48,882 nt of DNA from a virus (lineage: Duplodnaviria; Caudoviricetes): IMG/VR virus record IMGVR_UViG_3300020449_000268, positions 1 through 48,882 of that record; one strand, 5' to 3'. Below the pieces are notes generated by a model that saw only the letters and a program-made list of their open reading frames with translations, did not search any database and was not told the origin of the DNA. Made by a program: the position numbers and the translations under genes. This document shows, in pieces, positions 18,275-28,358 of this stretch (the first letter of the stretch is position 1; each line of letters starts with the position of its first letter).

Positions 18275-18635
18275 GTATAAGGGCAAATTTGTTGCTCAAT
18301 GTATGAATGGTAAAATGCAATTGGCTATGAACAATAGAGGTGTGTTAATGCCTTGTTGTTGGTGTGACCATGAGCATACGTTAAGTACGCCTTTGTTTAA
18401 GAAGATGGAAAAAGTTAGTAAAGTAGCAGAAGCAGATAGTATAGAAGATATATTATTTTCAGATGAATGGTTAGATTTTGAAAAGATAATGAGAGAAGGT
18501 GAGGCAGGCGATACAAGTAGAGTGCCTGAAAATTGTATGTATCATTGTAGTGGTAGAGGTGAAGATGAGGAAAAAGTTAAGATAGAACATCATATAGATG
18601 AAGTAGGCGAATCAATTAATAAACATAAAGCATGA
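18267..18635 (+). CDS. Stand-alone SPASM/twitch-like Fe-S domain protein
   Basis: C...G.LMPCC...SIEDIL.S.EW...C..HC pattern. Confidence 0.65.
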   Translation: MSKYKGKFVAQCMNGKMQLAMNNRGVLMPCCWCDHEHTLSTPLFKKMEKVSKVAEADSIEDILFSDEWLDFEKIMREGEAGDTSRVPENCMYHCSGRGEDEEKVKIEHHIDEVGESINKHKA

Positions 18636-19372
18636 AGAAATATTTAATAGTAAGTGGTTGTAGTTGGGGTGATCCTAACTTTATTTCAGCAGAACATCCT
18701 GATATGGATACGTCTTGGAAAATGTGGCCTGAAATATTAGCAGAGAAGTTAGATATGCAACTTATAAATCTTTGTAAATCAGGACAAGGACAAGAATATA
18801 TCTATAGTTCATTGGTTGATAGATTACAAACTACACCTATTAATCAAATAGGATTAATGATAGCTGCATGGTCAACAGCACCTAGACGTGATTATCAAAT
18901 GTCAGGATTTCAAACAAGAAAACAATTGTGGACTGCCGATCAATTTGATTGGCGTGGTTGTATTGAATATTGGATAGATAGAAGTATGAGATATTATTAC
19001 TCGTTTCAATCTGTTATGGAATTACACCGAATACCTTACAAACAAATACAAATGGTTCACTTGTACACAGGTTATATGTGGGAACAATTAAGAAAAAGAT
19101 CAAATAATCCTACACATAAAGATAATGAAGACAATTTAGAAGGTGATGACTATGTATTTAAACAAGAGTATAAAAAAATGTGCGAAGAACAAATATTAAG
19201 TAATCCTTATTATAATAAAATAAATAAAAACTTTATAGATTTTTATAGAGTTGCTAAACCATCAGAAATTTATGGTGCTAAGTCTATAGAAAGAATATCG
19301 GAAAGAGATAAACACCCAAGTGAAAAAGGGCAACAACAAATAGCGAGGTTAATATATGACGGGTTGGGATAG
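18632..19372 (+). CDS. SGNH/GDSL-like hydrolase or acyltransferase
   Basis: SGCSW (GxS), WP..LA..L...NL..SG.G and a C-terminal DKHP (DxH). Confidence 0.7.
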   Translation: MKKYLIVSGCSWGDPNFISAEHPDMDTSWKMWPEILAEKLDMQLINLCKSGQGQEYIYSSLVDRLQTTPINQIGLMIAAWSTAPRRDYQMSGFQTRKQLWTADQFDWRGCIEYWIDRSMRYYYSFQSVMELHRIPYKQIQMVHLYTGYMWEQLRKRSNNPTHKDNEDNLEGDDYVFKQEYKKMCEEQILSNPYYNKINKNFIDFYRVAKPSEIYGAKSIERISERDKHPSEKGQQQIARLIYDGLG

Positions 19373-20411
19373 AGAATATCTAGCAAATAAAAATGAATAC
19401 TTGAAACTTTTTGATAACGTTATGCAAAAAGAAAATGAAAGAAATGTAGAATTTTTAGAAAAACGTATTGCAAAAACTATCGGTAGAAAATTTGCAGTTG
19501 CAGTAAATAGTGGTACAGACGCCTTACACTTTTCACTTATCATAAACAATATAGGACCTGGTGATGAGGTATTAGTTACAAACTTCTCTTGGATATCTTC
19601 AGCGTCTGTTGTATCAATGGTAGGTGCAACACCTGTATTCTGTGATGTAGATTTAGAAACAAATCATATATCAGTTGATAGTATGAAACGTATGTATTCA
19701 GATAAAGTAAAAGCAATTATATATCCACACTTGTTTGGTAATATATCTGACATGCAATATATTCAAAAGTTTTGTGAAGAAAAAAATATAAAACTTATAG
19801 AGGATGCTTGTCAATCGTTTGGTGCAAATAGAGATGGTCAATACGCAGGTACGTATGGTGATGTTTCAACATTAAGTTTTAACGCAAACAAACCAGTTGC
19901 AGGATTAGCTGGGGGTGGTGCGTTTCTTACAGATAACAAAGAAGAAGCGAATTTAGTTAGAAAGTTAAGAAGACACGGCAATAATGAAGTATTAGGTTAT
20001 AACTCTAAAATGTTAGCAATCAATGCTGAATTTATAAACTTTAGAATGGATAAAATGCACGAATGGCAAGATATGAGATTTAGAATTGCAAAAAGATATA
20101 CTAACAATCTAAAAAACTTACCTGTTATTATACCACATGTTGATGAAATTGTAAATCATTGTTATCACAAATATGTAATAAGATTAGAAAACAAAGAAAC
20201 TAGGGACAAACTACAAAAAAGACTTAACGCTAATGTACACTATCCTAATCCTATATCAGAAAACCCTATGTATAAATCTATTCTAAATAGGAAAGATAAC
20301 TGCTTGAATAGTCAGTTAATATGTGATACAATATTAACATTACCTATTCATCCATATTTAACAAATGATGAAATTGATAAAACTTGTACAAGTATAATGA
20401 TGACGGTATGA
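19356..20411 (+). CDS. DegT/DnrJ/EryC1/StrS PLP-dependent sugar aminotransferase
   Basis: NSGTDAL, GPGDEV, GATPVFCD, IEDACQSFG, SFNANK (PLP Lys) and LTLPIHP. Confidence 0.92.
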   Translation: MTGWDREYLANKNEYLKLFDNVMQKENERNVEFLEKRIAKTIGRKFAVAVNSGTDALHFSLIINNIGPGDEVLVTNFSWISSASVVSMVGATPVFCDVDLETNHISVDSMKRMYSDKVKAIIYPHLFGNISDMQYIQKFCEEKNIKLIEDACQSFGANRDGQYAGTYGDVSTLSFNANKPVAGLAGGGAFLTDNKEEANLVRKLRRHGNNEVLGYNSKMLAINAEFINFRMDKMHEWQDMRFRIAKRYTNNLKNLPVIIPHVDEIVNHCYHKYVIRLENKETRDKLQKRLNANVHYPNPISENPMYKSILNRKDNCLNSQLICDTILTLPIHPYLTNDEIDKTCTSIMMTV

Positions 20412-20725
20412 AAATAATAATTAGTCCTGACATAACCACATTTTGTTACATTGATGAACATGATAATATGGTTGATATAACAGATCAGATACCATACAGA
20501 TTAAGAGAATTTGTAAAACGAATGAAGTTTATCTTTGACGATAAAATAATCATAGACAGGTCTTATACAGAAAAAGAAAATGAAGATGTTTACGAGTACC
20601 TTATAGAAAAGGCCTACGAAACAAAAGATTATTGTTTTAAAAAAACTAAATTTAAACCTAAGCCTAAAGAAAAAATGTTAATAGCATTTAACAAATTGTT
20701 CTTTAACAAATATGACAATAGATGA
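20408..20725 (+). CDS. Hypothetical protein
   Basis: ORF coupled by ATGA overlaps at both ends. Confidence 0.6.
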   Translation: MKIIISPDITTFCYIDEHDNMVDITDQIPYRLREFVKRMKFIFDDKIIIDRSYTEKENEDVYEYLIEKAYETKDYCFKKTKFKPKPKEKMLIAFNKLFFNKYDNR

Positions 20726-21576
20726 TTAATTTAAAAGAAATACAACAAAATTATTTAGCGATAGATTTTTTTATGTCTATGTCTTGTAATAAAGATTGTC
20801 ATTATTGTACATCATATACTTTAGAGATGAGAAACTTAACGGTTGACCTTGACTTTTTAAAACGAGTATTACATTATTTAAGACACTACAAAATACGTGT
20901 TTGTTTACTAGGTGGTGAACCAGGTCTAATAAAAAATTTAGATGATGTCATTGCTGAAGTAAAAAAGAATCCTAATCACGTGCCTTCAGTACTATCAAAC
21001 TCTTTTGTACGTAAAAGATATCCACATATACTAAAAGATCCTGATATACTTTATGTTGAACATAACATATTAGATTTTTATGAAGACGGTATCAAAAAAC
21101 TAGGTAATTTAGATAAGTTACCACCTTATGGTTTTATACAACCAAATGAATACAACAATTATAATCTATGTGTAAAAACACCTAACTTTTTTAAATACAA
21201 AGATAAGTTTCCTGAAGAACTGAAACAATTAGAACACAAGAATACAATGTGGAAATCATTTAATGGTAGAACACCTAATAAAGATGATGTATTGGCAGTA
21301 CATAAACAGGCTGCAGAAATAGATAGGAAGATGTGTGCTGCTTTTCCTATGGTTCCTGTTATTGATTTTGAGAAAAGGCATATAGTACATTGTAGTAAAA
21401 AGTTTGCTAACAATCCTATTGTTTCAAGGAACTTTGAGATCACACAAGAAAATATAGACAAGATGATGAATTTTAGATTATTTAAATATGAGAACTATTG
21501 TAAAACATGTATGGAATGGGTTGAACCTAAAGGTCATTTTCCATTATCAAAATATGAGGCCATACTAAATGAATAA
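20722..21576 (+). CDS. Radical SAM protein with a C-terminal Cys cluster
   Basis: CNKDCHYC, LLGGEP and C-terminal C...HC...CKTC. Confidence 0.85.
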   Translation: MINLKEIQQNYLAIDFFMSMSCNKDCHYCTSYTLEMRNLTVDLDFLKRVLHYLRHYKIRVCLLGGEPGLIKNLDDVIAEVKKNPNHVPSVLSNSFVRKRYPHILKDPDILYVEHNILDFYEDGIKKLGNLDKLPPYGFIQPNEYNNYNLCVKTPNFFKYKDKFPEELKQLEHKNTMWKSFNGRTPNKDDVLAVHKQAAEIDRKMCAAFPMVPVIDFEKRHIVHCSKKFANNPIVSRNFEITQENIDKMMNFRLFKYENYCKTCMEWVEPKGHFPLSKYEAILNE

Positions 21577-23083
21577 AATATATGCAGTTGCTTTAAATCT
21601 ACACGATCATAATACATATGATGGTGAACACCACAATCAAAGAGAAAGACACACACGATTTAAACATAATCTGCCATACAAAGCAGAGGCATATGCTCAT
21701 CAATCAGATATTCTAAACGTAAGTGATTATAGATTAAATGATGAGTTTACAAGCAAATATTTTCACAAAGCACCTGGAGAAGTTTTAGCATTTACATATA
21801 CGTTTGGTGGTATTAGAAAATCAAAAGAAGAATTACTAGACACAATACTAAAAGGCCATGATGAAATATTTAATTACGATCCTAAGAAACTATGGGACCA
21901 TTATTACAAGAATGGTATATACTTTATAGATCATCATCAATCACATGCTGCTTATGCGTTTCTTAATTCAGGTTATGAAGAATCTGATATACTTGCGATA
22001 GATGGTATAGGTTCTAAATTTAGATGTGTATTTTTTGATAAAGAACAAAACTTAATTGACCTATCAGACAAACTACCTATAGGATGGTTGTGGAATCATA
22101 TGTCAGGTCTTACAGGTTTTGGCACGCTAGGTGCAAGTAAACTTATGGGTAAAGTAGGGTATGGTAAATTTAGTAGATATTATTATAATATGTTTGAAAT
22201 AATATTAGATGGTCCTATTACTGAAAGAAAACAAGATCATTTTAAAATGATTGATATAGATACACATGGTGTAGATGACCTAGCATATACATTACAAAAA
22301 TTTACTTTAGATAGAATTAGAGAACATGTATATCCATTAAAGACTTGTGATAATTTATGTATTGCTGGTGGTGTTGCCTATAATGGTTACATGAATGAAG
22401 AATTTACTAAACATTATAAAAATGTATTTGTACCACCTGCTGTGGGTGACGAAGGGCAAGCTATTGGTACATATCAACACGCTGATTTTGTTATAAATGA
22501 AAATGTACATATATCTAAACTATATGCTGGTAAAGAATATGATTACGTAGGAAAAGAAAAGGTAAACTATAAAGAAGTTGCACAAGCGATTGCTGATGGT
22601 AAAATAGTAGGTTGGTTTCAAGGTAAATCAGAAAGTGGTAATCGTGCATTAGGTAATAGATCAATACTTGCAGACCCACGTAATCCTGATATAAAAGAAA
22701 TTATTAATAGTACAATAAAATTGAGAGAAGACTTTAGACCTTTTGCACCTGTGGTATTAGAAGAACATTATAAAGATTATTTTGATACAAGAGGAGGTCC
22801 TAGTCCTTACATGTCTAGGATATGTAACGTGAAAACTAAACTAGTACCTGGCGTTACACACGTTGACAATACGGCTAGAATACAGACTATAAATAGGAAT
22901 GATAATGAAAAGTTTTATGATATAGTGAACGAGTTTTATAAGATAACAGGCATACCTATGTTACTCAATACGAGTTTCAATTGCCAAGAGCCAATCGTAG
23001 AAGCACCTCATCACGCATTAAGAACTTTTAGAAGAACTGCTTTAGATTTGCTCGTAATAAATGATTGGATTATAAGAAAATGA
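21569..23083 (+). CDS. Carbamoyltransferase, NodU/CmcH/TobZ family
   Basis: DHHQSHAA, IDGIG, KLMG, AGGVAYN, GDEG.AIG, GNRALGNRSILADP, FRPFAP and LNTSFN. Confidence 0.92.
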   Translation: MNKIYAVALNLHDHNTYDGEHHNQRERHTRFKHNLPYKAEAYAHQSDILNVSDYRLNDEFTSKYFHKAPGEVLAFTYTFGGIRKSKEELLDTILKGHDEIFNYDPKKLWDHYYKNGIYFIDHHQSHAAYAFLNSGYEESDILAIDGIGSKFRCVFFDKEQNLIDLSDKLPIGWLWNHMSGLTGFGTLGASKLMGKVGYGKFSRYYYNMFEIILDGPITERKQDHFKMIDIDTHGVDDLAYTLQKFTLDRIREHVYPLKTCDNLCIAGGVAYNGYMNEEFTKHYKNVFVPPAVGDEGQAIGTYQHADFVINENVHISKLYAGKEYDYVGKEKVNYKEVAQAIADGKIVGWFQGKSESGNRALGNRSILADPRNPDIKEIINSTIKLREDFRPFAPVVLEEHYKDYFDTRGGPSPYMSRICNVKTKLVPGVTHVDNTARIQTINRNDNEKFYDIVNEFYKITGIPMLLNTSFNCQEPIVEAPHHALRTFRRTALDLLVINDWIIRK

Positions 23084-23913
23084 TAGAAAGAGAAGATTTA
23101 AAATATCTGAAAAATATTGTTGACTTACAAAATAAAAATGTAAACTATAGAACACTTGACGATATTGTTTATTGTATAAAAGAGGACGATCAGTTTGGTT
23201 TTATGCACAATATTTTAAGTGCTACAAATGATAAACTAGATTATAGATTACTTGACAATGTATTGACGGTTATGAAAAAAGAACCAGAGGTTGAGAATAT
23301 TCTTATGGATTCATTTAGTACACCACAAGTAAATGCTAAAATGAATATTATAAATCACGTAGATAAACTAGGTTTAATAAATGAACAATCTGAAATAGTT
23401 ATATTTGCAGGTTGGTTTGGTAGTATTTTTGTACCAGCGCTAGCGCCAAAGGTTAAAAAGATAACTTTAATTGATATGGATGAAAGAGTTATTAATGTTG
23501 CAAAGAATAGATTATTTATGGACTATGAAAACGTAGAGTTTATAGTAGGTGATATATTTGAAACATTTAAAAAAGAATATGAAACTACTGATCTATTCAT
23601 TAATACTTCTTGTGAACATATGAGACCTATGTCTGAATGGGGACCTAAAGGACCTAGATCATTATACAAAGACTCGCCATTTGGCGAACCAGTTACACGT
23701 AAAGTACCATGGTGGACTAGAATGAAAAAAGGTGCTCATTTTGCTTTTCAATCAAACGATATGTTTAATATTGATACACATATAAATTGTGTAAATGATA
23801 TAGATGAGTTTGAAAGACAATTACCTGAAAATGCAAAAGTTAAAGTTAAAGATGAAATTAATGATGAAAGAGGAACAAGATTTACGTTAATAGGTGAAAT
23901 ATGCAAAGAGTAG
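23080..23913 (+). CDS. Class I SAM-dependent methyltransferase-like protein
   Basis: IFAGWFG, LIDMD and DLFINTSCEHM motifs. Confidence 0.7.
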   Translation: MIEREDLKYLKNIVDLQNKNVNYRTLDDIVYCIKEDDQFGFMHNILSATNDKLDYRLLDNVLTVMKKEPEVENILMDSFSTPQVNAKMNIINHVDKLGLINEQSEIVIFAGWFGSIFVPALAPKVKKITLIDMDERVINVAKNRLFMDYENVEFIVGDIFETFKKEYETTDLFINTSCEHMRPMSEWGPKGPRSLYKDSPFGEPVTRKVPWWTRMKKGAHFAFQSNDMFNIDTHINCVNDIDEFERQLPENAKVKVKDEINDERGTRFTLIGEICKE

Positions 23914-24854
23914 TTTATAGTTTATACATTGATATACCGAAAGAAGAAATAGATATATTTGATAAAAATTTACTTAAAAAAGGTGATACACCTATCAATG
24001 TAAACACTAAAAATCAATTTAAAACACATTACGCTGATCTTTGTGCTTGCAAAGAATATTATGCTAAAGAAATAGGTGCCGACTTTAAAATGTTTGAGTA
24101 TGGTCCTGATTATATTGTATATGCAAATCAACTAAAAGAAAAGTATCCTTATCTTACAACCTACAACATAATAAACTTTTACAAAATACATTTGTTATAT
24201 GAATTAGGTAAAACTTATGATGAAATTTTATATTTAGATTTTGATGTAGTTCCTATAGAGAATGAAAACTTTTTTGAGCATTGGGATTTAACAAAAGGTA
24301 TTGCTGTTTTAAATAATAACGATAGAACAATACCTATTGAGAGAGTCACAGATACATCACAAACTATAAGAAGTCCATCGTCAAAATATTTTAACGCTCA
24401 GGCAATGTTGTTTGAAAAAGGCTTGAGTACAAAAAATGATGTTATCAATACAGGTATAATAGGTATCAATAAAGATCATTTAAATAAGTTAGATTACTTT
24501 AATCATTTTGAAGATAATCTTACATTGATGAAACATTTAAAAATACAAACAAAAGAAGAAATAATTATTCCTGATTACGAACAATATACAAATAATAAAA
24601 AAGAAGTTGAGTTTATGACTCATAACGATAAGTATGTTACTAATATATTTCCTGATAAGGTAAGACAATATTTTGGTTGGGATAATGAAACTTTATTTTC
24701 AGTTAAGTTAAAAGAAAATAATGTACCTGTACAATGGTTAGACGATAAGTGGCATTACTTCTTATACAGCCAAGGCTTTATACCTAAAGGAACAATTCTA
24801 TGCCACGCTATCAATAAAGATTTTGATCTTGTGTGGAGAAGACTTAATGCTTAA
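23901..24854 (+). CDS. GT-A glycosyltransferase
   Basis: YDEILYLDFD (DxD), INTGII, DNET and WLDDKWH...CHAI. Confidence 0.7.
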   Translation: MQRVVYSLYIDIPKEEIDIFDKNLLKKGDTPINVNTKNQFKTHYADLCACKEYYAKEIGADFKMFEYGPDYIVYANQLKEKYPYLTTYNIINFYKIHLLYELGKTYDEILYLDFDVVPIENENFFEHWDLTKGIAVLNNNDRTIPIERVTDTSQTIRSPSSKYFNAQAMLFEKGLSTKNDVINTGIIGINKDHLNKLDYFNHFEDNLTLMKHLKIQTKEEIIIPDYEQYTNNKKEVEFMTHNDKYVTNIFPDKVRQYFGWDNETLFSVKLKENNVPVQWLDDKWHYFLYSQGFIPKGTILCHAINKDFDLVWRRLNA

Positions 24855-25566
24855 AATATGTACGGTATACTTTGATGGTTTTTATACACCTGATTACGTT
24901 GAAAGACTACATGATAGTTTACGTAAACACTCATCAATAGACTTTGAGTTTGTATGTTTAAGTGATACAGATGTCAAAGCAGATGTAGTCCTACCTTATA
25001 ATCATAATAGTAATATAGTTAAACATTGGCACAAACTAAAATTCTTTAGTCCTCAATTTGCATATCAAAATCCAGGTGATGATATAATCATTATGGATAT
25101 AGATCAACTCATAGTAAACAATGTTGATGAATTACTAGGTCGTCCTGTATCAGATAATGAACTATTAACATATGGTCAATGGTGGGAAAACAAACTAGGT
25201 ATCAATGGTGGTTTCTATAAGTTTAAATCAGGCAGTTTAAAATATGTGTGGGATGAGTTTGCACTTAATCCTGAATATTGGCAATTACATTTCTATAACG
25301 AGGGCACCGTACATAAGAAATATTACGGCGAACAAAATTATGTCAAGTGGAAAATATTAGAACATAAAGCAAAATTATCTAAAACACCTAGTCAATGGAT
25401 AGCAAAATATACAGATGACTTTGCAGAAAACTTAAAACTAAATCAAATGTACATGCAAAAATTTAATACTGATTTTATGATATTAGATAAAGAAGTCAAC
25501 GAAAAACTAAAAGTTATACATTTCACAGGAGTAGGAAGAAAAATAAATGCGGATTATTTGTTGTAG
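24847..25566 (+). CDS. GT-A glycosyltransferase (GT8-like)
   Basis: WHKLKFF, MDID, INGG, GEQ and VIHFTG. Confidence 0.75.
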   Translation: MLKICTVYFDGFYTPDYVERLHDSLRKHSSIDFEFVCLSDTDVKADVVLPYNHNSNIVKHWHKLKFFSPQFAYQNPGDDIIIMDIDQLIVNNVDELLGRPVSDNELLTYGQWWENKLGINGGFYKFKSGSLKYVWDEFALNPEYWQLHFYNEGTVHKKYYGEQNYVKWKILEHKAKLSKTPSQWIAKYTDDFAENLKLNQMYMQKFNTDFMILDKEVNEKLKVIHFTGVGRKINADYLL

Positions 25567-26113
25567 ATTTGGCAATAAGTTTAATCAATGGCATGTTGAT
25601 AACTTAAAACATATGATAGATGAATACTCTGGTCTAAAATATGATAGTTTTGAAGTTATAGAAGACGACCTATATGGTAATTGGTTTAACAAATTTCAGA
25701 TGTACGATAAGTTCCGAGATGGTGAAAACCTCTATTTTGATTTAGATATGGTAATATATGATAAGTTACCTAATCTTGTAAGAAAAGATTTTACGTTATT
25801 AGATGATACGTGGTGGAGAGAACCTGCTCATACACCTTTAAACTCATCTATAGTATCATGGACTGGTGATGTATCTTATATATGGGATAAGTTTAAAGAA
25901 CAAGACTCTTTCTACGTGGATACCTACACTAGAGGTAGTGATGAATGGTACTTTAAATTCATTGACTATAAAACGTATGAAAGAGTTTGTCCTTCAATTA
26001 AAGACTATATGTATAACAAACCTCCACAATTTAGTATATGTACATTAGGTCAAATGCAACATATTATGGAAGAAGGTTGGACTGGTTGGTATTCAGACTA
26101 TTTTTTAAGATAG
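25547..26113 (+). CDS. GT-A glycosyltransferase
   Basis: WFNK, LYFDLD and LNSSIVSW. Confidence 0.7.
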   Translation: MRIICCRFGNKFNQWHVDNLKHMIDEYSGLKYDSFEVIEDDLYGNWFNKFQMYDKFRDGENLYFDLDMVIYDKLPNLVRKDFTLLDDTWWREPAHTPLNSSIVSWTGDVSYIWDKFKEQDSFYVDTYTRGSDEWYFKFIDYKTYERVCPSIKDYMYNKPPQFSICTLGQMQHIMEEGWTGWYSDYFLR

Positions 26114-26593
26114 TATTTCACAAACAGCAGACAATACATCTATTTTATTTTTAGATTGTCTTAACTTTTTCTTTAAGTCTTCTTTATCTGAATCTTTAAC
26201 TTTGTCTAATTCAAATACTGCTAATTTTAAAGCAAACAAGTGATCTGCGTTTTCTTCATCATTGAATAATGCGTCAACAACTTTTGGATAAAACTTCGTA
26301 TCAATCTTGGCAGAATCCATAATGATACCATCTTTTTTAGCAATTCTTAAAACTGATTCTTCAAATAGTTTTCTTTCTCTCTTAACTTTTTGATATGTGT
26401 ACTCATGTAATTGATCCACAGTAATCATTGTCATAAGAGCTTTAAACGAAGGATGTTCCTCGTTGTATTCTATTATAGTTGGAATAGTTTGTGTCTTTTC
26501 TTCGTTAGTGCTTAATATCTCAATGTGTTTTCTTTCATTGTCAATAAAATAAGCTGTTATAAAATTATCTTTTAAATATTCTTCAGTTATCAT
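26105..26593 (-). CDS. Hypothetical protein
   Basis: Start re-called to MITEEYL after an AAGGAG RBS. Confidence 0.65.
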   Translation of the reverse strand: MITEEYLKDNFITAYFIDNERKHIEILSTNEEKTQTIPTIIEYNEEHPSFKALMTMITVDQLHEYTYQKVKRERKLFEESVLRIAKKDGIIMDSAKIDTKFYPKVVDALFNDEENADHLFALKLAVFELDKVKDSDKEDLKKKLRQSKNKIDVLSAVCEILS

Positions 26594-27311
26594 TTCTGTT
26601 CTCCTTAATATAGTCATATAAGTTTATTTTAGGTGACCAACCTATTTTATTTAGTAGTGTATTATCAGCAAGGTTATCTAATCTCTCGGATTGTTCTCCC
26701 ACAACACGTTCACAATCAATACCAAAGTATTCAATTAATTCTACGAGATTATTTGTAGTACCAGAACCTATATCTGTTACACCTCTTAAATTTGATTTCA
26801 TCAAAGTATCTATCGCTCTCACTAAATCGTCAACGTGTAAAAAATCTCTACTATGATTTGTGTTGATATAAGGAACATCATTTCTTAATATTCTAGGTAT
26901 CAACATTGTTTCTCTAGCATTAGGACCATACACGGTTGTAAATCTCATACCCATACTATTAGCAGGAGCAATACGTTCTAAACTATATTTGCTCATTGCA
27001 TATGGATTTTTCCATGGCTCGTGTGCTGTTGATGAACTTGCGTATAAGATTCTTGTGTCTTTGAAGAAATCAAAAAGTCTTTGACCTGCGATTACATTTT
27101 GTACCCAATATTCTTCAGGTCTACCTAGACTATCTCTAACACCAGATAAACCAGCAAGATGTATTACTAAATCTACAGAATGTTTGAGATCACAGGATAA
27201 TAAATCATTACCTGTTTCTTTGTCTATACAAATTACTTTATGATTTGTTTTTAAAAAGTTATGTAAGTGTCTGCCTATAAAGCCATCACTACCTGTTAAT
27301 AATATATTCAT
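26583..27311 (-). CDS. NAD-dependent epimerase/dehydratase (extended SDR)
   Basis: TGSDGFIG, HLAG, YASSS, YAMSK (YxxxK), RFTTVYGP and RDFLHVDD. Confidence 0.92.
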   Translation of the reverse strand: MNILLTGSDGFIGRHLHNFLKTNHKVICIDKETGNDLLSCDLKHSVDLVIHLAGLSGVRDSLGRPEEYWVQNVIAGQRLFDFFKDTRILYASSSTAHEPWKNPYAMSKYSLERIAPANSMGMRFTTVYGPNARETMLIPRILRNDVPYINTNHSRDFLHVDDLVRAIDTLMKSNLRGVTDIGSGTTNNLVELIEYFGIDCERVVGEQSERLDNLADNTLLNKIGWSPKINLYDYIKENRNDN

Positions 27312-27346
27312 AATTCATAATATAGTAACTTCGGGAGGAAACGAAA

Positions 27347-28282
27347 TTACGATTTAATAATTCTCAAAAAATATGTATTTGCTGTTGTAGCAGAACCATT
27401 AGGAAACTCTTGCGCCCTATAATCATCATTGTTTACTTGTCTTGTTTGATAATTACCAGAACCATTTAAAATTGTATCTGCCATACCAGAACCTCTAGTG
27501 TTACCAGTTGCAGTTGTTCCTAGTGAATAACTAATTGCATATCCATCAGATGAATCAGCAGCAGTCTTTTTGATCCAACCTAACATCAAAGAATTCCAAT
27601 TGGCAGTTGTAAATTCTTGTATGTTGTTAGATCCATCTAAAAAGTATGGTTCAGTATATGAAGCAGAAGCACCGTTTACTCTATGTAAAAAATAGTTTGT
27701 AATAGTAGTAGGTTGATCTTGTGTTTCAGGAATTGAACCTGCTGAATAAGCAGATGTATCTGCTCTTGTATCTGTGAATATTGCTGTTGTACTTACGTTT
27801 GTAAAACCAGAAGCGGCTGTTGATGAAGTTGTTACCGTATATGTTCCACCTTGTTGCGTTCCTGTTGATCCAGATGTAAGTAAATCAATTGCTGGGTGCA
27901 AAAAAGTATCTTTTACATCTTGTAAATTCATCGCCTGTATTTGTCCTGATGAATTGTAATAAACTGGGAATGTTTTTCCTGTATCAGCAGTTGGCGTTCC
28001 GCCTGTCGCTGTTGATGTTACTTTGTTGTATGATACGGTTACCGTTTGTGGTTCTTGTGTAGTTCCTTCATTTGGGAATGAACTTGCACTTGTTGATTGA
28101 GCACCAGCTGATTTTCTCGTATCGTTAATAGTACCGATGTTACCAGATGATCCAACCGTTAAGACCACAGATGGGTCTTGTGAATATTGATAGATTATAC
28201 CATCAACTATCTCGTCTACCATAGCTGTCGTCATCTCTTGTAGATTTCCGCTGCTGACGAATAAAGGTTTTCTTACTGCCAT
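27347..28282 (-). CDS. Virion structural protein (putative)
   Basis: S/T/G-rich with internal pseudo-repeats (PL/VY...SGNLQEM). It is late-promoter driven and collinear with the baseplate genes. Confidence 0.6.
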   Translation of the reverse strand: MAVRKPLFVSSGNLQEMTTAMVDEIVDGIIYQYSQDPSVVLTVGSSGNIGTINDTRKSAGAQSTSASSFPNEGTTQEPQTVTVSYNKVTSTATGGTPTADTGKTFPVYYNSSGQIQAMNLQDVKDTFLHPAIDLLTSGSTGTQQGGTYTVTTSSTAASGFTNVSTTAIFTDTRADTSAYSAGSIPETQDQPTTITNYFLHRVNGASASYTEPYFLDGSNNIQEFTTANWNSLMLGWIKKTAADSSDGYAISYSLGTTATGNTRGSGMADTILNGSGNYQTRQVNNDDYRAQEFPNGSATTANTYFLRIIKS

Positions 28283-28340
28283 AATTTCCTCATTTTTCTT
28301 TATCTGGTACCACTCTTTTCAGTAAGTACCTCTCTTTACT

Positions 28341-28354
28341 TATTTATATTTATA
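28341..28354 (-). promoter_or_regulatory. Two overlapping T4-type late promoter motifs
   Basis: tatttatatttata equals TATAAATA twice on the - strand (28341-28348 and 28347-28354). Confidence 0.7.
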
Positions 28355-28358
28355 CTAA

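Noticed and set aside
27325-27350. Hairpin GTAATTTCG/CGAAGTTAC after the 311-aa gene, as a terminator
   Set aside because: The stem is weak, there is no clear U-tract, and the downstream epimerase seems to need read-through.
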